A stretch of 64,000 nt of DNA from the human T2T-CHM13v2.0 reference genome, Homo sapiens. Numbering within the stretch: position 1 is the stretch's first letter; the number at the start of each line of letters is the position of its first letter. The stretch lies in assembly GCF_009914755.1 (NCBI RefSeq), contig NC_060929.1; one strand, 5' to 3'. The position numbers and the translations under genes were made by a program. Positions 24,726 through 39,263 of the stretch are shown here, one piece after another. The notes under the pieces were generated by a model. The model made no database searches, was not told the DNA's origin, and worked only from the letters and a program-made list of their open reading frames with translations.

Positions 24726-27235
24726 ATTATTTTCCACTGTGTAACACTGGTATTTGTGTCTTCCTGTTCATCACTGCCTAAATTCTCTTCTTGGATCTGA
24801 AGTTCTATCATATTGGTCTTTGTATTGGATCTTTCAGGCTTGTTAGTGTGGGTCAAGAAAGCGAAAGTGATTTCAATTATGTGTGGTGAATCTTTTAAGA
24901 ATGTGAGCAGGAATGCCAGTAAAGATAATGGGACCTAGGTGGCCCATATTAGCCCAATTCACAGTAAAACAACTCACGGGTAGGAATATGCAGATTAGAA
25001 AACTACCAGTGAATAGTTATACATAATTTTTCACATATTATCCTAATGTCTCCACATCCCACTAACTCTTGAATGCACTACCCAACTTGTACTGACTCCT
25101 CATCCTCTTCTGTACACATGGGAAATAAAATTCCTTAAAATCTCTCCCAGGTTATATTTTTGGAACTTCCCTGAACTTATATTGACTTACAAATAATATT
25201 CTGATTTTGATGCTGCTGATGCCCCCTCACTTACGCTTCAATTCTCATAATCCACAACATTTCAACAATCGCTAACTGAGATGCCCTTTAACACTGGTTT
25301 ACCCACACAGTGAAGTACTGTGCAGCTCAACAAGTCCTTCTAAGTGATTAAAACTTTTAACTAACAAAACTTATTTTCCCAAAATAAAAAAAATTAACCA
25401 TTTTTCTTGATCACATCAGGACCAGTCACCATGCAGTGTTCAAGAATCCACTTGTCTGAAGCTCATGATCCATTGTGAAATCTAGTTTATTGAGTCAGCC
25501 CACATATTCCTTTATACCCTCGTTGCAATAGGAATACCTTTATCTCCCCTCTCCCCAGCCCACAGTACAATAGTCAAACCCATTTCTGTTTAAACTTGTC
25601 ACTAACACAGTTTAAGCAGTTTTCCTCATGTACGGCATTAGATGCAAATCATTATGACAGAGTTGTTACGGGTTACTTAGCTCTAAATTTTAGTTATGTG
25701 AGTCTGATTTCTGGTGCCAGAAACCCTGCCACATGTGATATTCTCTCATGCATGATGGGAGCTCTTTAAGACCAACGATTAGGTCTTCAATGCTTGGCTC
25801 CTTACTACAGTTCAATAAAGGTTATTGGACAATTATACAAATAAAATGTTGTAGGATTACTAAAAGGTAGAAAAAGGTTAGGAATATCTAATACAGACTC
25901 TTCTTTATGTTATAGAATTCTTTTTAAATTGAGAACCAGATTTTTCTCTTAGCTTAAAAAAAGGCCAAAGATATTTTAAAAATTCATAAAGCCATCCTTA
26001 TCCCCTAATTCCTCACTCAACATAGAGTCCTTATTGCTCTTGACTCCCCTTGGAAGAGCATTTCTGTGCTACAGCTTGAAAAGTGCACTTATCCCAGTAA
26101 TAAAGGTTAAATCTATCTCAAGGAGCAGCAATTCTGCATAGGTAGGGCCACATGGAGGGATGTCATGCTGTGTAACAGCTATTTGGGTCAGAAGAACATG
26201 GGTGGTGGTAATGGGATTATTTTTTTTTCAATCTGATTTCTGAGTCCTAAGACTGAAAACCTAAAGAACACAGCCTCTCTTCTGAGTAAATGTAATGAGT
26301 TTTGAAGCCATATTTAAGTTTCATTCATTAGATTTGTCGTTTGTGTCTTTGTCTGGGGGAAAAGGAGGAATAATATGTTTTCTCATATTACAGAAAAAAT
26401 AAAAATAATTCCCAGCTTCTTAGTGTGTTTGCAGTTTCAGAATTCCACTTCAACACACAGGCAACATAACTGATTTTTTAAACTTCAGGTCCTAGCACAG
26501 TGTCCTGCACATTTATATTTTCTTTTATTCAGTAAATATTGAGCTTCCAGTAAGTGCTCAGTAAATATCTATGACAGTCTTATAAATCAAAGTGATAAAG
26601 AAGGTAAATAAGACTGTGGAATAATAAATGAAAAGATAATGTCACTACACTATGAATTCCTTCCAGGCAACAGCCATTTAAAAATACCTAGTAAAGTTGC
26701 TGGCACATCAAAAGTACTTAATAATATTTGTAGAAATAAGTTGATAAATTGTGACATGATCAGAAAATAAGATCTAAGCCAAGAAATGAAGACAGCAAAA
26801 TTAATTGTATTAGTTGTATTAGGAAATATATGCATGATATCATTACGGAGTAGAAGCCCTTGCAAATGAACATAGGTGACCCAGTATGTAACATGAACCT
26901 ACACTTTTTGGAATTGTTCAAGAACATGAGCCACTATATCTCTTCTCTCACCCATCTTACCGTTTGGTGTTAAAATCAAGATACAAAGAAGTATTTGCTT
27001 TTGTCAAAAAGTGAGCACATTTGCATACGCTACTGTAGAAGAATTTAAGACAGTGTCGAATGATGCAGACACACTTGAGTACAGAGGACTGTAATTCTTA
27101 GAGTTTCTTCAAGATGGTAAGACTTGGGCTATTCTCACTTAATAAATTATCCAAGTATTTTTTCTAAATGTAGGTTCCTGGTAAACATCCATCTTTTAAG
27201 AATATCAGCAAAATTTTCTGTCAGAGAAATATCAA

Positions 27236-27238
<3 letters not shown>

Positions 27239-27276
<38 letters not shown>
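27239..27276. repeat. (TG)19 microsatellite
   Basis: Read directly from the sequence. Confidence 0.95.
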
Positions 27277-27279
<3 letters not shown>

Positions 27280-28568
27280 ATGTTCGGAAGTACAAATTAT
27301 ATTTTATATGTTGATCAGAATTTGTTAACCTGCAAGAGGATTTACAGAACAAGTATATTCTTGTAAAAAATCATTGGTTTAAACACTTTGACACAAGTAG
27401 ACTTGTAAAATAGTTGGTAACTTAAAACCAAGCCCTAAAATGGTAATCATTCACATTTGTTTCATCTATGATTACTTTGTGACAACCATATTGTAAAATA
27501 CCTAAATATTGGTGCTATTATCAGATTTTGTTTTGCTTCCCAAATAGCCACCAGCATGATGCTGAGGAATTCACTAATTTATATAAAGAGATGAATTATT
27601 GAACAATCATAAATTATCTAATATGATTTCTAGGTAAGCAGAGATTAAGAAACTTATTTTAAAAGTCCAATAAGTAGAAAAAGGAATATTAACTTTTCTG
27701 CAATTAAAATCAAAGAAAATTTTTCATAAGTTGTCCCTGTAAAGATTCTAAAAAATGTATAGCTTCTGCTGGCCTGACACACATTAAAAAAGAGAGAGAT
27801 GGAAATAGATAGTATCATTCAGCATTCAGAAGCTTGAAGAGTATTAGGTTATTTGAAACTCTGCTTTTAGCAATTAGGCCTTTGGGCATACAAACCCTTT
27901 GAAAAATCAGATAATTGCAGGTTTGAATTTTTTTTTAAATGCTTTAAATGTGGTTAAAGCAACACTCAATTGATCTACTTCATAACCTTGGGGAGGAAAT
28001 AATTTTTAACAAAAGAGCAAGGATTAAGCATTGAAAGGGGTAGAAGAGTCACATAGAAGTTAGTCAACTCAGCACGGAAGGCAAGAATCAATTATGTAAA
28101 AATTGCCCTTAAATTACCTGTAAAATGTAGTTCACATAATTCTGTGTACTCAACCTAGTCCATAAAATAATTTGCTTACTAAAAGTTGAGAAACACTGAA
28201 GTAGACAAAGGAAAGAAAAATAGAAAGTCTATATGCAGATGTATAAAAATCTAATCATTTTGCTTTAAATACAATTATGAAGTTCCTAGAGGTAAGGGGT
28301 GGAGGGTGAGTGAAGGATTCTAAAGTGTTTGTCCTTGCACATTGGTTGACCAGTTTTAATATTGTCTTCATATCTTAATATATTTAATAGATTAACTATT
28401 GTAAGAATTTAAGTTCTAAAGTAAAGACATAATGTAAATCTGCTAGTATATGATTCCACTGTATCATAGAAGGACCCCTTGCTTCCAAACTCTCCCCTAC
28501 TGCCCTTTCAGGGTACCTGATTATCACACATAACTTACCAGTGTAGATGATGGTTTGACAATAACCAC

Positions 28569-28950
28569 TGTCAACTAAAGGAAAAAGTGAGGCAAAATTA
28601 ACATAAGTAGAGAGCCTATTTGAGCCAAATTTGAGGATTGCAACCCAGAAAACACACTTATACACTAAGTTTGAGAGGTGCTCCAAGTTGGGGCAGTTAC
28701 AAGCAGATTTTTAAGGATAAACTGAAGAGATATAGCAAGGCAGTGTCAGTCTATTCATATAGTAATACCATGGGTTAACAAAAATTAGTGACAGGATGAT
28801 TGGCTAAAGCATACAGTACCTCTTGGAATAGTTATTACCAGTAAACTAGTTTGTGATTAACCCCTAGTTCCTGGAATTCTTTATATAAGCAAGAGGGGTC
28901 TATGAATTTCAGCAGAATGACTGTGGCCTATTTGTCCAAATTTGTTCTCA
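28569..28950 (-). mobile_element. ERV1-type LTR remnant (right boundary uncertain)
   Basis: tgtcaactaaag...gagagcctatttgagccaaatttgaggattgcaaccc resembles the end of MER4-group LTRs. Confidence 0.5.
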
Positions 28951-29080
28951 TAGTCAAAATGCAAATGATTTATGAAAAAGGTAATTGCATGATCTTTGAT
29001 AAGGTAATATTTTTGTAGATAGTTTAATTCATAGTGTCCAGTTCTGAATGTATAGTTTCATTAAGGATATTGTTATCTAT

Positions 29081-29539
<459 letters not shown>

Positions 29540-30204
29540 ATACACCCATGAATTTGTTTCACGGTATTATTTCTATGGAAAACTCCACAAGTGGTTGGAA
29601 TAAATTTTGGATAACCAACAGATTAGTAAGTTGAAAGCTACCTATAATTAATTTTGAGTCATGTGTCTCCATGAACATGATAACCATCTGCAATGAATAA
29701 TCTTATTTTGATGATAAATAAAACATTTTATTTTCCATCCAAAATTAAAGAAATGCTGTGCCGTGACATTACGAAAATAGCAAGATACAATCTAGCCTAT
29801 TAGGCTTTACAAAACATTCATTTCTAGTGTGTGTCTGTGGGGGGCGTGTGTATACACAATCTTTTAGAGGCAGGGGATATTTTTGATTTCATGATGATTG
29901 TAAAATTGAATATATTTGAGCTAAGAAAAAAAATAAGTATGGTGGCTGCTATTGATGGAAATTGTGTGGCCCTTTGTCCTTCACCCCTGGTGATTATTCA
30001 TTTCTGGGAAAGAAATTTTGTGTACAAATGTTGACAACATGCTAATCCCCTCTGTAGAGATTTCATTTTCAAATAAAAGCTTTCTTCTTTGATTTTCATA
30101 TTGAACGTTTGGGTTCAAAGGTATAGGGCTACACAAGTAATGCAGTATAGATAGCCTTTTTCTCATACAGTCTCATTTCCACAGGGCTCTGTGGCTCCCT
30201 CAGT

Positions 30205-30745
30205 TGTGTAAAGACGTTTACACTTTTCCTTTAATGTTTCAATAATTTGAGTCCATAAAACAAACTGATAATACACAGATTAATAGGGAAAAGGCATTCA
30301 CATTTTTATGTGCACATGTGTGCACAGGAGTTATACTAAATATGACAACTCTAAGAAATGGCCAGATGGTTGATGCTTTTATACCATCTTGAAATTACAA
30401 AAAGAATGGAGGCTGGGAGTATGGCAGAACAGTTTGTGGTGGCAAAACAGGTTATGGGAGAGGGAGAAGAGGAGGCCTGGCCAGCAAAACTTCTTCTGTT
30501 ATTTACCTAGATGGTAAATATTTCTTTCAGACCTTTACAAGTGTCAGACTCTTACTCAACCTTTTCTAGAGTTAGAGAAGGGAGGGCCTCAGAGAAAGAC
30601 TGGCAACACCCATGCAGATTTTCACTGCAGATGCAATTCTCTCCCACAAAAATCAGCTTTGTAGGGTTACTACTGTCTGCAGTCCCTCTGAACAGCCACT
30701 TCAAAATATATCAAAATATATTTTGATGTTCAATATTTTGACAGT
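30205..30745 (-). mobile_element. MER34-like ERV1 LTR
   Basis: cagatgcaattctctcccacaaaa...cagccacttcaaaatatatcaaaatatattttg. Confidence 0.65.
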
Positions 30746-30874
30746 TGTCTGTTTTCCCAGTTGTATCCAAAGCAGAATAAATGCATACATGCATAAAAAG
30801 AGGTAAACAAATACTGAGAAATGGACTCAGGTCAACTTTTCATGTTGATTCTCACTGATTTTCATTCCAAATCC

Positions 30875-31790
30875 AATTCATTCATTCAATAATTATTATT
30901 TAGCATATAGTGAATGCTAGACACTTTCTATGCACAAGGTAAAGCAGGTCCCTACCCTCACGAGACTTCAAGTCTACTGGGACTTGAGTAAGTTGAAGGG
31001 AAGGAAGACAAGGAAAAACATAAATACATACATAAATAAGACAATTTCAAATAGTGACATATTCTGTGAAGAAAATAAAATAGGCTAGTGGGAGAGAGGT
31101 GGCTCACACACTGAGTTATTTTGGGTAGGGTGCTCAGAAAAGTCATCCGTAAGGGTGACATTTGAGCTGACAGCTAAATGATGAGTAGACATTAGCTTTA
31201 CAAAGACAAAGAAATACAGAATTTTGAGAAGAGAGAACAGCAAATGCAAAATCCCCGAAACAGAGACAACTTCAGTGTGCCAAAGAAATTTAAAAAAAAA
31301 AGAAAGAAAGGAAAAAAGAAAGGGTAGGGTTGCTACAGTGTAGGAAGGAGAAAGAGAATGATAGGGGTGTCCTTAGGGGCAGGTAGAAGGAAGGTATTAG
31401 AGTCTGGTAGACATGGTAATACATTAAGACTTTATTCTAATTGCAATTTGAAGCCATTTGAAGCATTTTAACCAGGGAAGTGAAACAATCTGATTTCTAT
31501 TTGTAGATCAGTCAAGTGACTTTGTGAAGGATGAACTAAAGAATGCAATAGTGCAGCAGGAGCATCAACTGCGAGAGGCATGTTGTTGCAGTATTTCCAC
31601 TAGAATAGCGATACGACTAGGGCCAGCAGAGGAGATTGGGGTAAATAAATCCAAAATATATGTTGGATGTAAAATAGACTTGACTTGCTAATGGATGTAA
31701 GCAATAAGAGAAAAGGAAGAAGGAGGTTAAAGGACCCTTGATTTTATCCTGAGCAAGTGGGTGGATGATGGTTTTATTAACCCAAATGTG
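30875..31790 (-). mobile_element. L2 fragment
   Basis: ttcattcattcaata...; ggtgacatttgagctga; gactttattctaattgc...aagccatttgaagcattttaaccaggg; gacttgctaatggat. Confidence 0.75.
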
Positions 31791-32119
31791 GTCGTCAGTA
31801 GCTATGCTACCCAATTATTCTTACATGGAGGACAACTGGCAATGTCCATTTGGTCCAGCAAACCACAGAAGACAGTTATTTCACAGTCATCAATTTGGTC
31901 ATTGGAAACATTCTCTGATCAGAAATGAAACCCCCCATCAGGATCAATGCAGTTTATATAATGTAACAAAGAAACACTACACTATACATAATTCCATCTC
32001 AAAATATCATGCTAACTTTACCATGTGCATAAATTAATATATATATTCTTAAGTTATCAATACTCAGAATGGAGTGAGATGGTAAAAAAAAAAACAAAAA
32101 AAAACCGTCTCCATATTCC

Positions 32120-32305
32120 AGAGATATGAGTTCAAATTCTTTCTTGGCACTGTGTAATCTTGGATGAGTCACTTCATCTCTTAAATCTCATCTTAAAAAT
32201 CAAAGCAATAGTGTTACTTTATTGAATTGTAGGAAGACTGCATAAGATAATTTATGTGAAATGCTTCAAATACTGCCTGTAGTATAACAAATGTTCAGTA
32301 AATAA
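32120..32305. mobile_element. MIR
   Basis: gagttcaaattc...ctgtgtaatcttggatgagtcacttcatctct...tgttcagtaaat. Confidence 0.65.
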
Positions 32306-32407
32306 AGGAGTCTCTCTTTCTTCTCTTCCTCATTCCCTTGAGTTATTGCCAAGTTGTCATTCAGCCTTATCTACTCCACCAACTTTGCAATATTAGCATG
32401 AAGATTG

Positions 32408-32799
32408 CATATTAGGCCATGCTTGCATTGCTATAAGGAAATATCTGAGACTGGGTCATTTATAAAGAAAGGAGAATTAATTGGCTCATGGTTCTGCAGG
32501 CTGTGCAGGAAGCATGGTGCTTGGCTTCTGGGGAGGCATCAGGGAGCTTTTGCTCATGGCAGACAGAAGGTGAAGCAAGAGCAGACACTTCACATGGTGG
32601 AAGCAGGAGGAAGAGAGGGAGGGGAGGTGCCACACCTTAAAACAACCGGCTCTCCAGAACTCTCTGTCATGAGGAAAGCACCAAGCTATGAAGGATCTAC
32701 TTCTATGACCAAAATACCTGCCACCAGGCATCACCTCCAACACTGGGAATTACATTTCAACATGAGATTTGGGTGGGGACAAATATCCAAACCATATCA
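32408..32799 (-). mobile_element. MSTA/B-type MaLR solo LTR
   Basis: Ends ...catgagatttgggtggggacaaatatccaaaccatatca. Perfect 5-bp TSD GATTG at 32403-32407 and 32800-32804. Confidence 0.92.
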
Positions 32800-33723
32800 G
32801 ATTGTGTCTACTTCTAGATAGTTTCAGCCAAAGTTACAGATTTCTGTCTTATTTTCCTCATATTGTGCATATCAAAAGCAAATACTGATGGGTGAGAGGT
32901 GGATTATGATAATTGGCCAGATGTGGCTCACTTGTCAATTCCTGGAATAATAGGGTAGGCTCAGAGTCCTTGAAATCATGAATATGAGAGAATGGTGATT
33001 CCACAATGCAAAATTAAATTGAGGTTACCTGAAGAGAGAGTAATGAATGCTGATCAGAAGAAAAACACCTGCTACTATACATGTGCATGTTTTTCTTGAA
33101 GGAAATTTAGAAACATTATAATTATTGTCCAAATTCCATTATAAAAGTGCTAATCTTGCCAGTTCCTTCTCATCACTGAACTGCTTTGGAAACTCAATAT
33201 TATAAGGTAAGATCAGCCCTAGACAAGAAGTTGCTAGCTGCATTTCTACTCCTATCTTTATTGCTAATCAGCTTTTAGAAGTGGAGACAATAGAAAACTT
33301 TGTTTGCTGCATTCTCAGGATGAGAAAATAAGAAACTCTGATTTCTATTTTTAAAAGAAATGCAGATTTCTGTATTATAGATCTAACTATAGATCAAATC
33401 TGGTCATGGATAGATATTAATCTTCCAGTATTGCTTGCACCCAGAGGTTTCTATGTTACTCTCTTCTGGCTAATTCCACAGAACAGGAAGTCTTCTGGTG
33501 TGTTAATGGAAATAATTTTGCCCTCTAATAGGAGGTAAAAGAAGGTAAGATTACTTTCTTAGCCAACCACTGCTTCCTCTATTTGAATGAAACCATGCTG
33601 TCAAAGTCAATACCTTGCCTAAGGAAGGGAGAGTAGATATTTGAAAGGGGTTGGGTTTGGATAAAGTCATTGAGGAACTGAACAAATTTCAGCAACTGCC
33701 AACCTCTACAATTAGTTTCGTAG

Positions 33724-34374
33724 TGCCAAGAAGAAAGTTCCCCTTTTGCCCTCTGAGTCACTGAAAATCACCAATAAAAGACAGATTAACAGGGTAAAGC
33801 AAATACAAATGTATTTAATCATACTTTCATGTGACATAGGAACCTTCAGAATGAAGATCTCAAAGATACAATGGAAACTCCCTTTTTATACTTCGGTTCA
33901 ACAAAGTATAAACAGCCATATAGAAATATGATTGGGCAAAAAGGGTAAGATCTAATGCTAATAGATGGAACAGGGAAGACCCCCAACGACCTGACTGTTT
34001 AGATTCTTGCTGGCTTGTCTGTGCAGCCATTTTTCCTTTCAGGTATGGGGCAGGACCCTGTCTGGAATGGGGGTCTTAAAACCTGCAGTCAAAAAAATGT
34101 AGGTCAGATGATTTCTTTAGGTCCAGTTTTTACACAGAGAGGCAGAGGGGAAGATTTGAGTAATGTTCTCAGGTTTTATGGCTGGCTTTGGGGAAAAGGG
34201 ATTCTGGTTTCTATGACCCACCTTGGGGAAGAGAGATTATAGTTTCTATGGCTAGCCTCAATGGAAACAAGGGGCCAGATATAGGAGGGCAGGTGAAGGT
34301 CAGAGAAAAACTTTTGCTTCTGAGGATGCTTCTGAGGCCTTCATTTCAGGGTATCATTTTCTGATCTCCAAAAT
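33724..34374 (-). mobile_element. MER39-like ERV1 LTR
   Basis: ggtcagagaaaaacttttgcttctgagg...ctgaggccttcatttcagggtatcattttctga. Confidence 0.7.
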
Positions 34375-35159
34375 ATTTAAGTGAGAAAAATTAAACTATA
34401 CTGGTCTAATGAGATACTAGCTGAGATTTCTGTTATGCCAAAGGGATTCCAACTGATAAGACAAGTATAATACATTATGAGGAGCCTTGCAAATATTCCG
34501 AGAATGAGAAAATTAAAGCAAGATAAATAGTTTACATAGGACAAATGCCAGGATTTTTTAACCAAGAATTCACAGATCTCTGGGTTCTATGAACTCTGTC
34601 GAATTGTATGCTAAACTATGTGTACATACGCATACTTACCAGGAAATTGTTGAACAAATATTTAAATAGGCATGTGATCCAAAACAGATGTGTGATTAAA
34701 AATAGATTATTATCTTCTCCCATTGCTATATTGGTTATGGCATTACATAGTAGGCATTCAGTAAGTATTTGAATAATCCAAATGTATTAAATAAATGCAA
34801 GGATAAAGAAATGAACAATTCAGTAAAGAATGTCAATATTTTGCCTGTATATTCTGGACAGGTGCTGAAATATGAGATTTCAATAGTGCCACTGCATTAC
34901 CGTTCCTCAAAAATCTTGCATTCTAAAGGAGAAAAAAAAAAGGTATGGAAATGATTTTGTTTTGGAACGGTAACTGATAAGATAAATTTGCACACAGATG
35001 TTATTGAAGTACAGAAACAGGACTCTCTCCCAACAGAGAGTCACAGTATATTTTATGGACTCTAGACTGCTCCAGTGGTAATGAGAAATCCGCTCCAGAG
35101 AATTGACAGAGTCTGAGGTTTGTTTAACTCTGAAGAAGAATCTAGAAAACAGAGTAGTA

Positions 35160-35892
35160 GTAAGATAGTATATCCCAAAATTCATGTTCACCTGGAACCT
35201 TAGAATGTGGAATGTGGCCTTATTCGGAAATAAGGTCTTTGCTGATATAATTGGTTAAAATGAGGTCAGGCTGGACTAGAGTGAGCCCTACTTTTAATGA
35301 CTGGTGTTCCTATAGAAAGAAGAGAGGGCATACAGAGAAGAAGGCATTAGAGTGGCAGGAATCAGAGCCATGCAGCTACAAGCGAAGCAATGCCCAAGAT
35401 TTATGGCACCCAGCAGAAACCAGGAGAGAGGCATGGAACAGACTTTCCCTCAAAGCCTCCAGAAGGAGCTAATCCTGCCAACATCTGGATTTCTGATTTC
35501 TTCCCTCCTAAAGCATTCGTGAATTAATTTCTGTTTTTTGTCTTTTTTTTCCCTTTTTTTTTTTTTTTTTTTTTTTGAGACCGAGTTTTGCTCTTGTTGC
35601 CCAGGCTGCAGTGCAGTGGCACGATCTCGGGCTCACTGCAGACTCTGCTTTCCGGATTCAAGCGATTCTCCTGCCTCAGTCTCCCAAGTGGCTGGGATTA
35701 CAGGCGCCTGCCACGATACCCAGCTAATTTTGGCCAGGCTGGTCTCAAACTCTCGACCTCAGGCAATCTGCCCGCCGCAGCCTCCCAATGTGCTAGGATT
35801 ACAGGCGTAACCCACCGCGCCCGGCCAATTTCTATTGTTTTAAGCCACCCATTTGTGGTCATCGGTTACAGCTGCCCTGGGAAACTCTTACA
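35160..35892 (+). mobile_element. MLT1B/C-type LTR interrupted by an Alu
   Basis: cccaaaattcatgttcacctggaacct...ggaaataaggtctttgc...cctccagaaggagctaatcctgcc [Alu] gttttaagccaccc. Confidence 0.82.
35534..35826 (-). mobile_element. AluSp/Sq-like SINE with a ~30 bp internal deletion
   Basis: T-tract, gctcttgttgcccagg. The linker and GGGGTTTC segment are missing at ~35730. Confidence 0.93.
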
Positions 35893-37074
35893 GCTGTAAG
35901 GCATTGGCCTGTAGAGGAAGGCTCAGGAAAGGCCACATGGAGAAAAAAATGTGAGCTCAATTTAGAAGTTAATTCAAGGTTGTTGGCTGGATTCATTCAA
36001 ATTTACAACAAAAAGATCATAATAAAATATTTCAAAAGCTGCATATATTCTAGAATTTTTCAATGGCCATGAGAAATCTACACCAGCGTAACAGCAAAGT
36101 CACTTGCCAGAGTATGAATTTTGTTAAACTATGAAAAAGGGTCCATCATCAAAATTGCCAGGATCTTACTGAAAAGCAAATTTTGTGCTGCCTGCTATTT
36201 TCAATTTAGTAAGACTCCAAGCAAATCAATGAGGTCAAACAGCTAACATGATCTGGAAACTCATAGAAGAGAAATACTCATCCCATTGAAGGAATGATAA
36301 ATCATATATTTCTAGCTGATAAATATTGTTTTCCATTTGGTTTTGCTTTCCATCAACAACTAGGAACACCCATTCTTAGTGACTTACACATGCACATTAT
36401 ATTTTATATTAATTCTATTTTCAATTTGGGGTATAAAAAGTTAATATCTATATAAATATCTATATAAAAAATTTGTTATGTAAAAGCATATAAAATAAAC
36501 ATTAGGAATATAATTATCGAGCATTACACATTATGTAGAATATTTTTACAAATAAACATCTGAATCACACAAAGGAGAAAATGGTTATATGCTGAGTTTT
36601 AAATTTAACAAGATATTTAAAACAATAAAAATTTAATTAAAAGCAACTGAGAATCCCGCAGGGCGGCAACCCCAGAACTTTTGCGAAATTTTGTTCATAT
36701 TTGCCCTCTGCATTCTTTAGTCCTCTTCCTCAGGAGTTGGAATTGGAAGGAAAGCCCAAGTAGCAATTACTCAAAAGATGTCTGTGCTTTATATCACCAT
36801 ATTTAGAAACTTCTAGATACTATGTTTGGAATCAGGAATTCTCATTATGTACTTAAGTAATTATTGTCATTTTAATTGTCAATGAGCTAGTAAAGCATAT
36901 TCACTGCTCCATTTCTCAATTGCAGCAAACAGCTATGGTCCAATCTTCTGGAGAAAGGTTTGTGTCTGAAAACTGGAGAACTTTTACTATTACTTCCTCC
37001 TTTAAGATTTCCTCAGGTCTTTAGATTCATCTTCTTCCCTTTACCCCAGTCCAACCATGTTTTATTGTTCTCTG

Positions 37075-37390
37075 TTTTTTTGTGGTTTTTTTTGTTTTTT
37101 TGTTTTTTTTTGAGACAGAGTCTCACTCTGTTGCCCAGGCGGGAATACAATGTCGTGATCTTGGCTCACTGCAACCTCCACCTCCTGGGTTCAAGAAATT
37201 CTCTGCCTCAGCCCCCCGAGTAGCTAGGATGACAGGCGCCTGCCACCACGCCTGGCTAACTTTTGTATTTTTAGTAGAAACGGGGTTTCACCATGTTGGC
37301 CAGGCTGGTCTTGAACTCCTGACCTCGTGATCCACCCGCCTTGGGCTCCCAAAGTGCTGGGATTACAGGCATGAGCCACCGCACCCAACC
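37075..37390 (-). mobile_element. AluS (Sg-like)
   Basis: Full dimer containing gacctcgtgatcc. Confidence 0.95.
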
Positions 37391-38486
37391 AGGCCAGCCA
37401 TGGTTTTAAGCTTCTCCTGGAAGAGAGAAGGCACATGTGGGGCATGACCAAAATATCAGGGAGGACAATCAGTGATAACAATAAGGTCGTGATTCCTCAT
37501 TATGATGGCAGGTTTGTGTTGTCAGACGTTTCTTGAGCACTTACTCTGTGCTAGCAATGCTAGGCATGGGTTTCCAGTGGTAAGTAAGATGGATGTAGTC
37601 TCCTGTAGAATACAATATTGTTTCTTTTAACACAGGTACATTACCATCACTTCCTTGAGATGATAGTTTTCCTACTCTCCATCCACTTCCCACCATCTTG
37701 GAAACATCAGTTTTAGAATCCTGCAGGATTATTAGTACTAACTTCTCTGTTAGTCTATATAGTTAAAGCAATATTTTGCTAGTGCTAGCGTGTGTCCAAA
37801 TGGAATTCTTTCCCTACCTTGGGATGTTTTGAGTGTGTACTGAGGAAGAGAATCTGGAATCCTCCCAGGACCTCAGGAGCTCATGATGACGTATCATCTC
37901 TTCTGTTTTCAGTTGGTCCAAAGTAACTCTGAATGAGAAGTTTTAAGACATTTAAAGAGCTACATTTCTTCTACTAGTTTTGCATTCTGTCCTCACAGGG
38001 TAAAATTTAGTCCTCTTATGTAATAGTTACAACCAAGTGGCCAAATTGCTCATCTTTTTACATTTTAATTTGTAACTACCTATACGCATCTAAAAACAAA
38101 CAAAACCCTAAGCAACAGCAAAGACACTAGCCTGCCATGCTCAAACCAAGAAGGAGTAACATTGTAGATGTTACAATTTACTTACTGTAAAATTCTTCTT
38201 AAGGAGAGATTCCAGAAATGCTTATGAACTAAAGGAACTATGACATTTAAATAGCCTTAGACTGCTATATTCTACTACCAAAATAAAAGAACTTTTATCA
38301 CAATCAAAAGCTTTTTGGCATCCCTTTTTCTCCTAAATTCTGGTAACATTTACTTGCTGACATAGTATTACAGCTAAACCAAATTGCTCTATTATTGCCT
38401 TTAGGAAATGGAAATGAGCCGAATTGTCCAATTTCTTTTTTGCATACCACCTAAGTACACCCGCATACACTTTCAATACACTTTAA

Positions 38487-38975
38487 TTTTTTTTATTATA
38501 CTTTAAGTTCTGGGATACATGTGCAGAATGTGCAGGTTTGTTACATAGGTATACATGTGCCATGTTGGTTTGCTGCACCCATCAGCCCATCATCTACATT
38601 AGGTATTTCTCCTAATGCTATCGTTCCCCTAGACCCCCACTCCCCTACAGGCCCTTGTGTGTGATGTTTCCCTCCCTGTGTCCATGTGTTCTCATTCTTC
38701 AACTCCCACTTATGAGTGAGAACATGTAGTATTTGGTTTTCTGTTCTTGTGTTAGTTTGCTGAGAATGATGGTTTCCTGCTTCATCCGTGTCCCTGCAAA
38801 GGACATTAACTCATCCTTTTCTATGGCTGCATAGTATTCTATGGTGTATATGTGCCACATTTTCTTTATCCAGTCTATCACTGATGGGCATTTGGGTTGG
38901 TTCCAAGTCTTTGCTATTGTGAACAGTGCTGCAATAAACATACGTGTGTATGTGTCTTCACAGTAGAATGACTTC
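38487..38975 (-). mobile_element. L1PA6/7-like 3' end fragment
   Basis: Encodes the ORF2 C-terminus [20 protein letters not shown].... 3'UTR ttaagttctgggatacatgtgcag. Confidence 0.92.
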
Positions 38976-38976
38976 C

Positions 38977-39263
38977 ATTTTTTGTGTGTGGAGACAGAGT
39001 CTCACTCTGTTGCCCAGGCTGGGGTACAGGGGTACCAACTTGGCGCACTGCAACCTCCACCTCAGCAATGCTACTGCCTCAGCCTCCCCAGTCGCTGGGT
39101 TTACAGACACCCACCATCATGCCTGGCTAACTTTTGTATTTTCAGTAGAGATGGGTTTTCACCATGTTGGCCAGGCTGGTCTTGAACTCCTGACGTCAAG
39201 TGATCCTCCCACCTTAACCTCCCAAAGTGCTGGGATTACAGGTGTGAGCCAATGCACCCAGCC
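38977..39263 (-). mobile_element. AluSx/Sz-like SINE abutting the L1 fragment
   Basis: Dimer with a short degenerate tail and a ~10 bp deletion near 39062. Confidence 0.93.

Noticed and set aside
32405-32821. 138-aa ORF
   Set aside because: It lies within an MST LTR, has a non-ATG start and shows no protein features.
36655-36690. Small CpG patch with a CTCF-like look (also tgccctctattg at ~49835)
   Set aside because: Mismatches at core positions. Not supportable without ChIP data.
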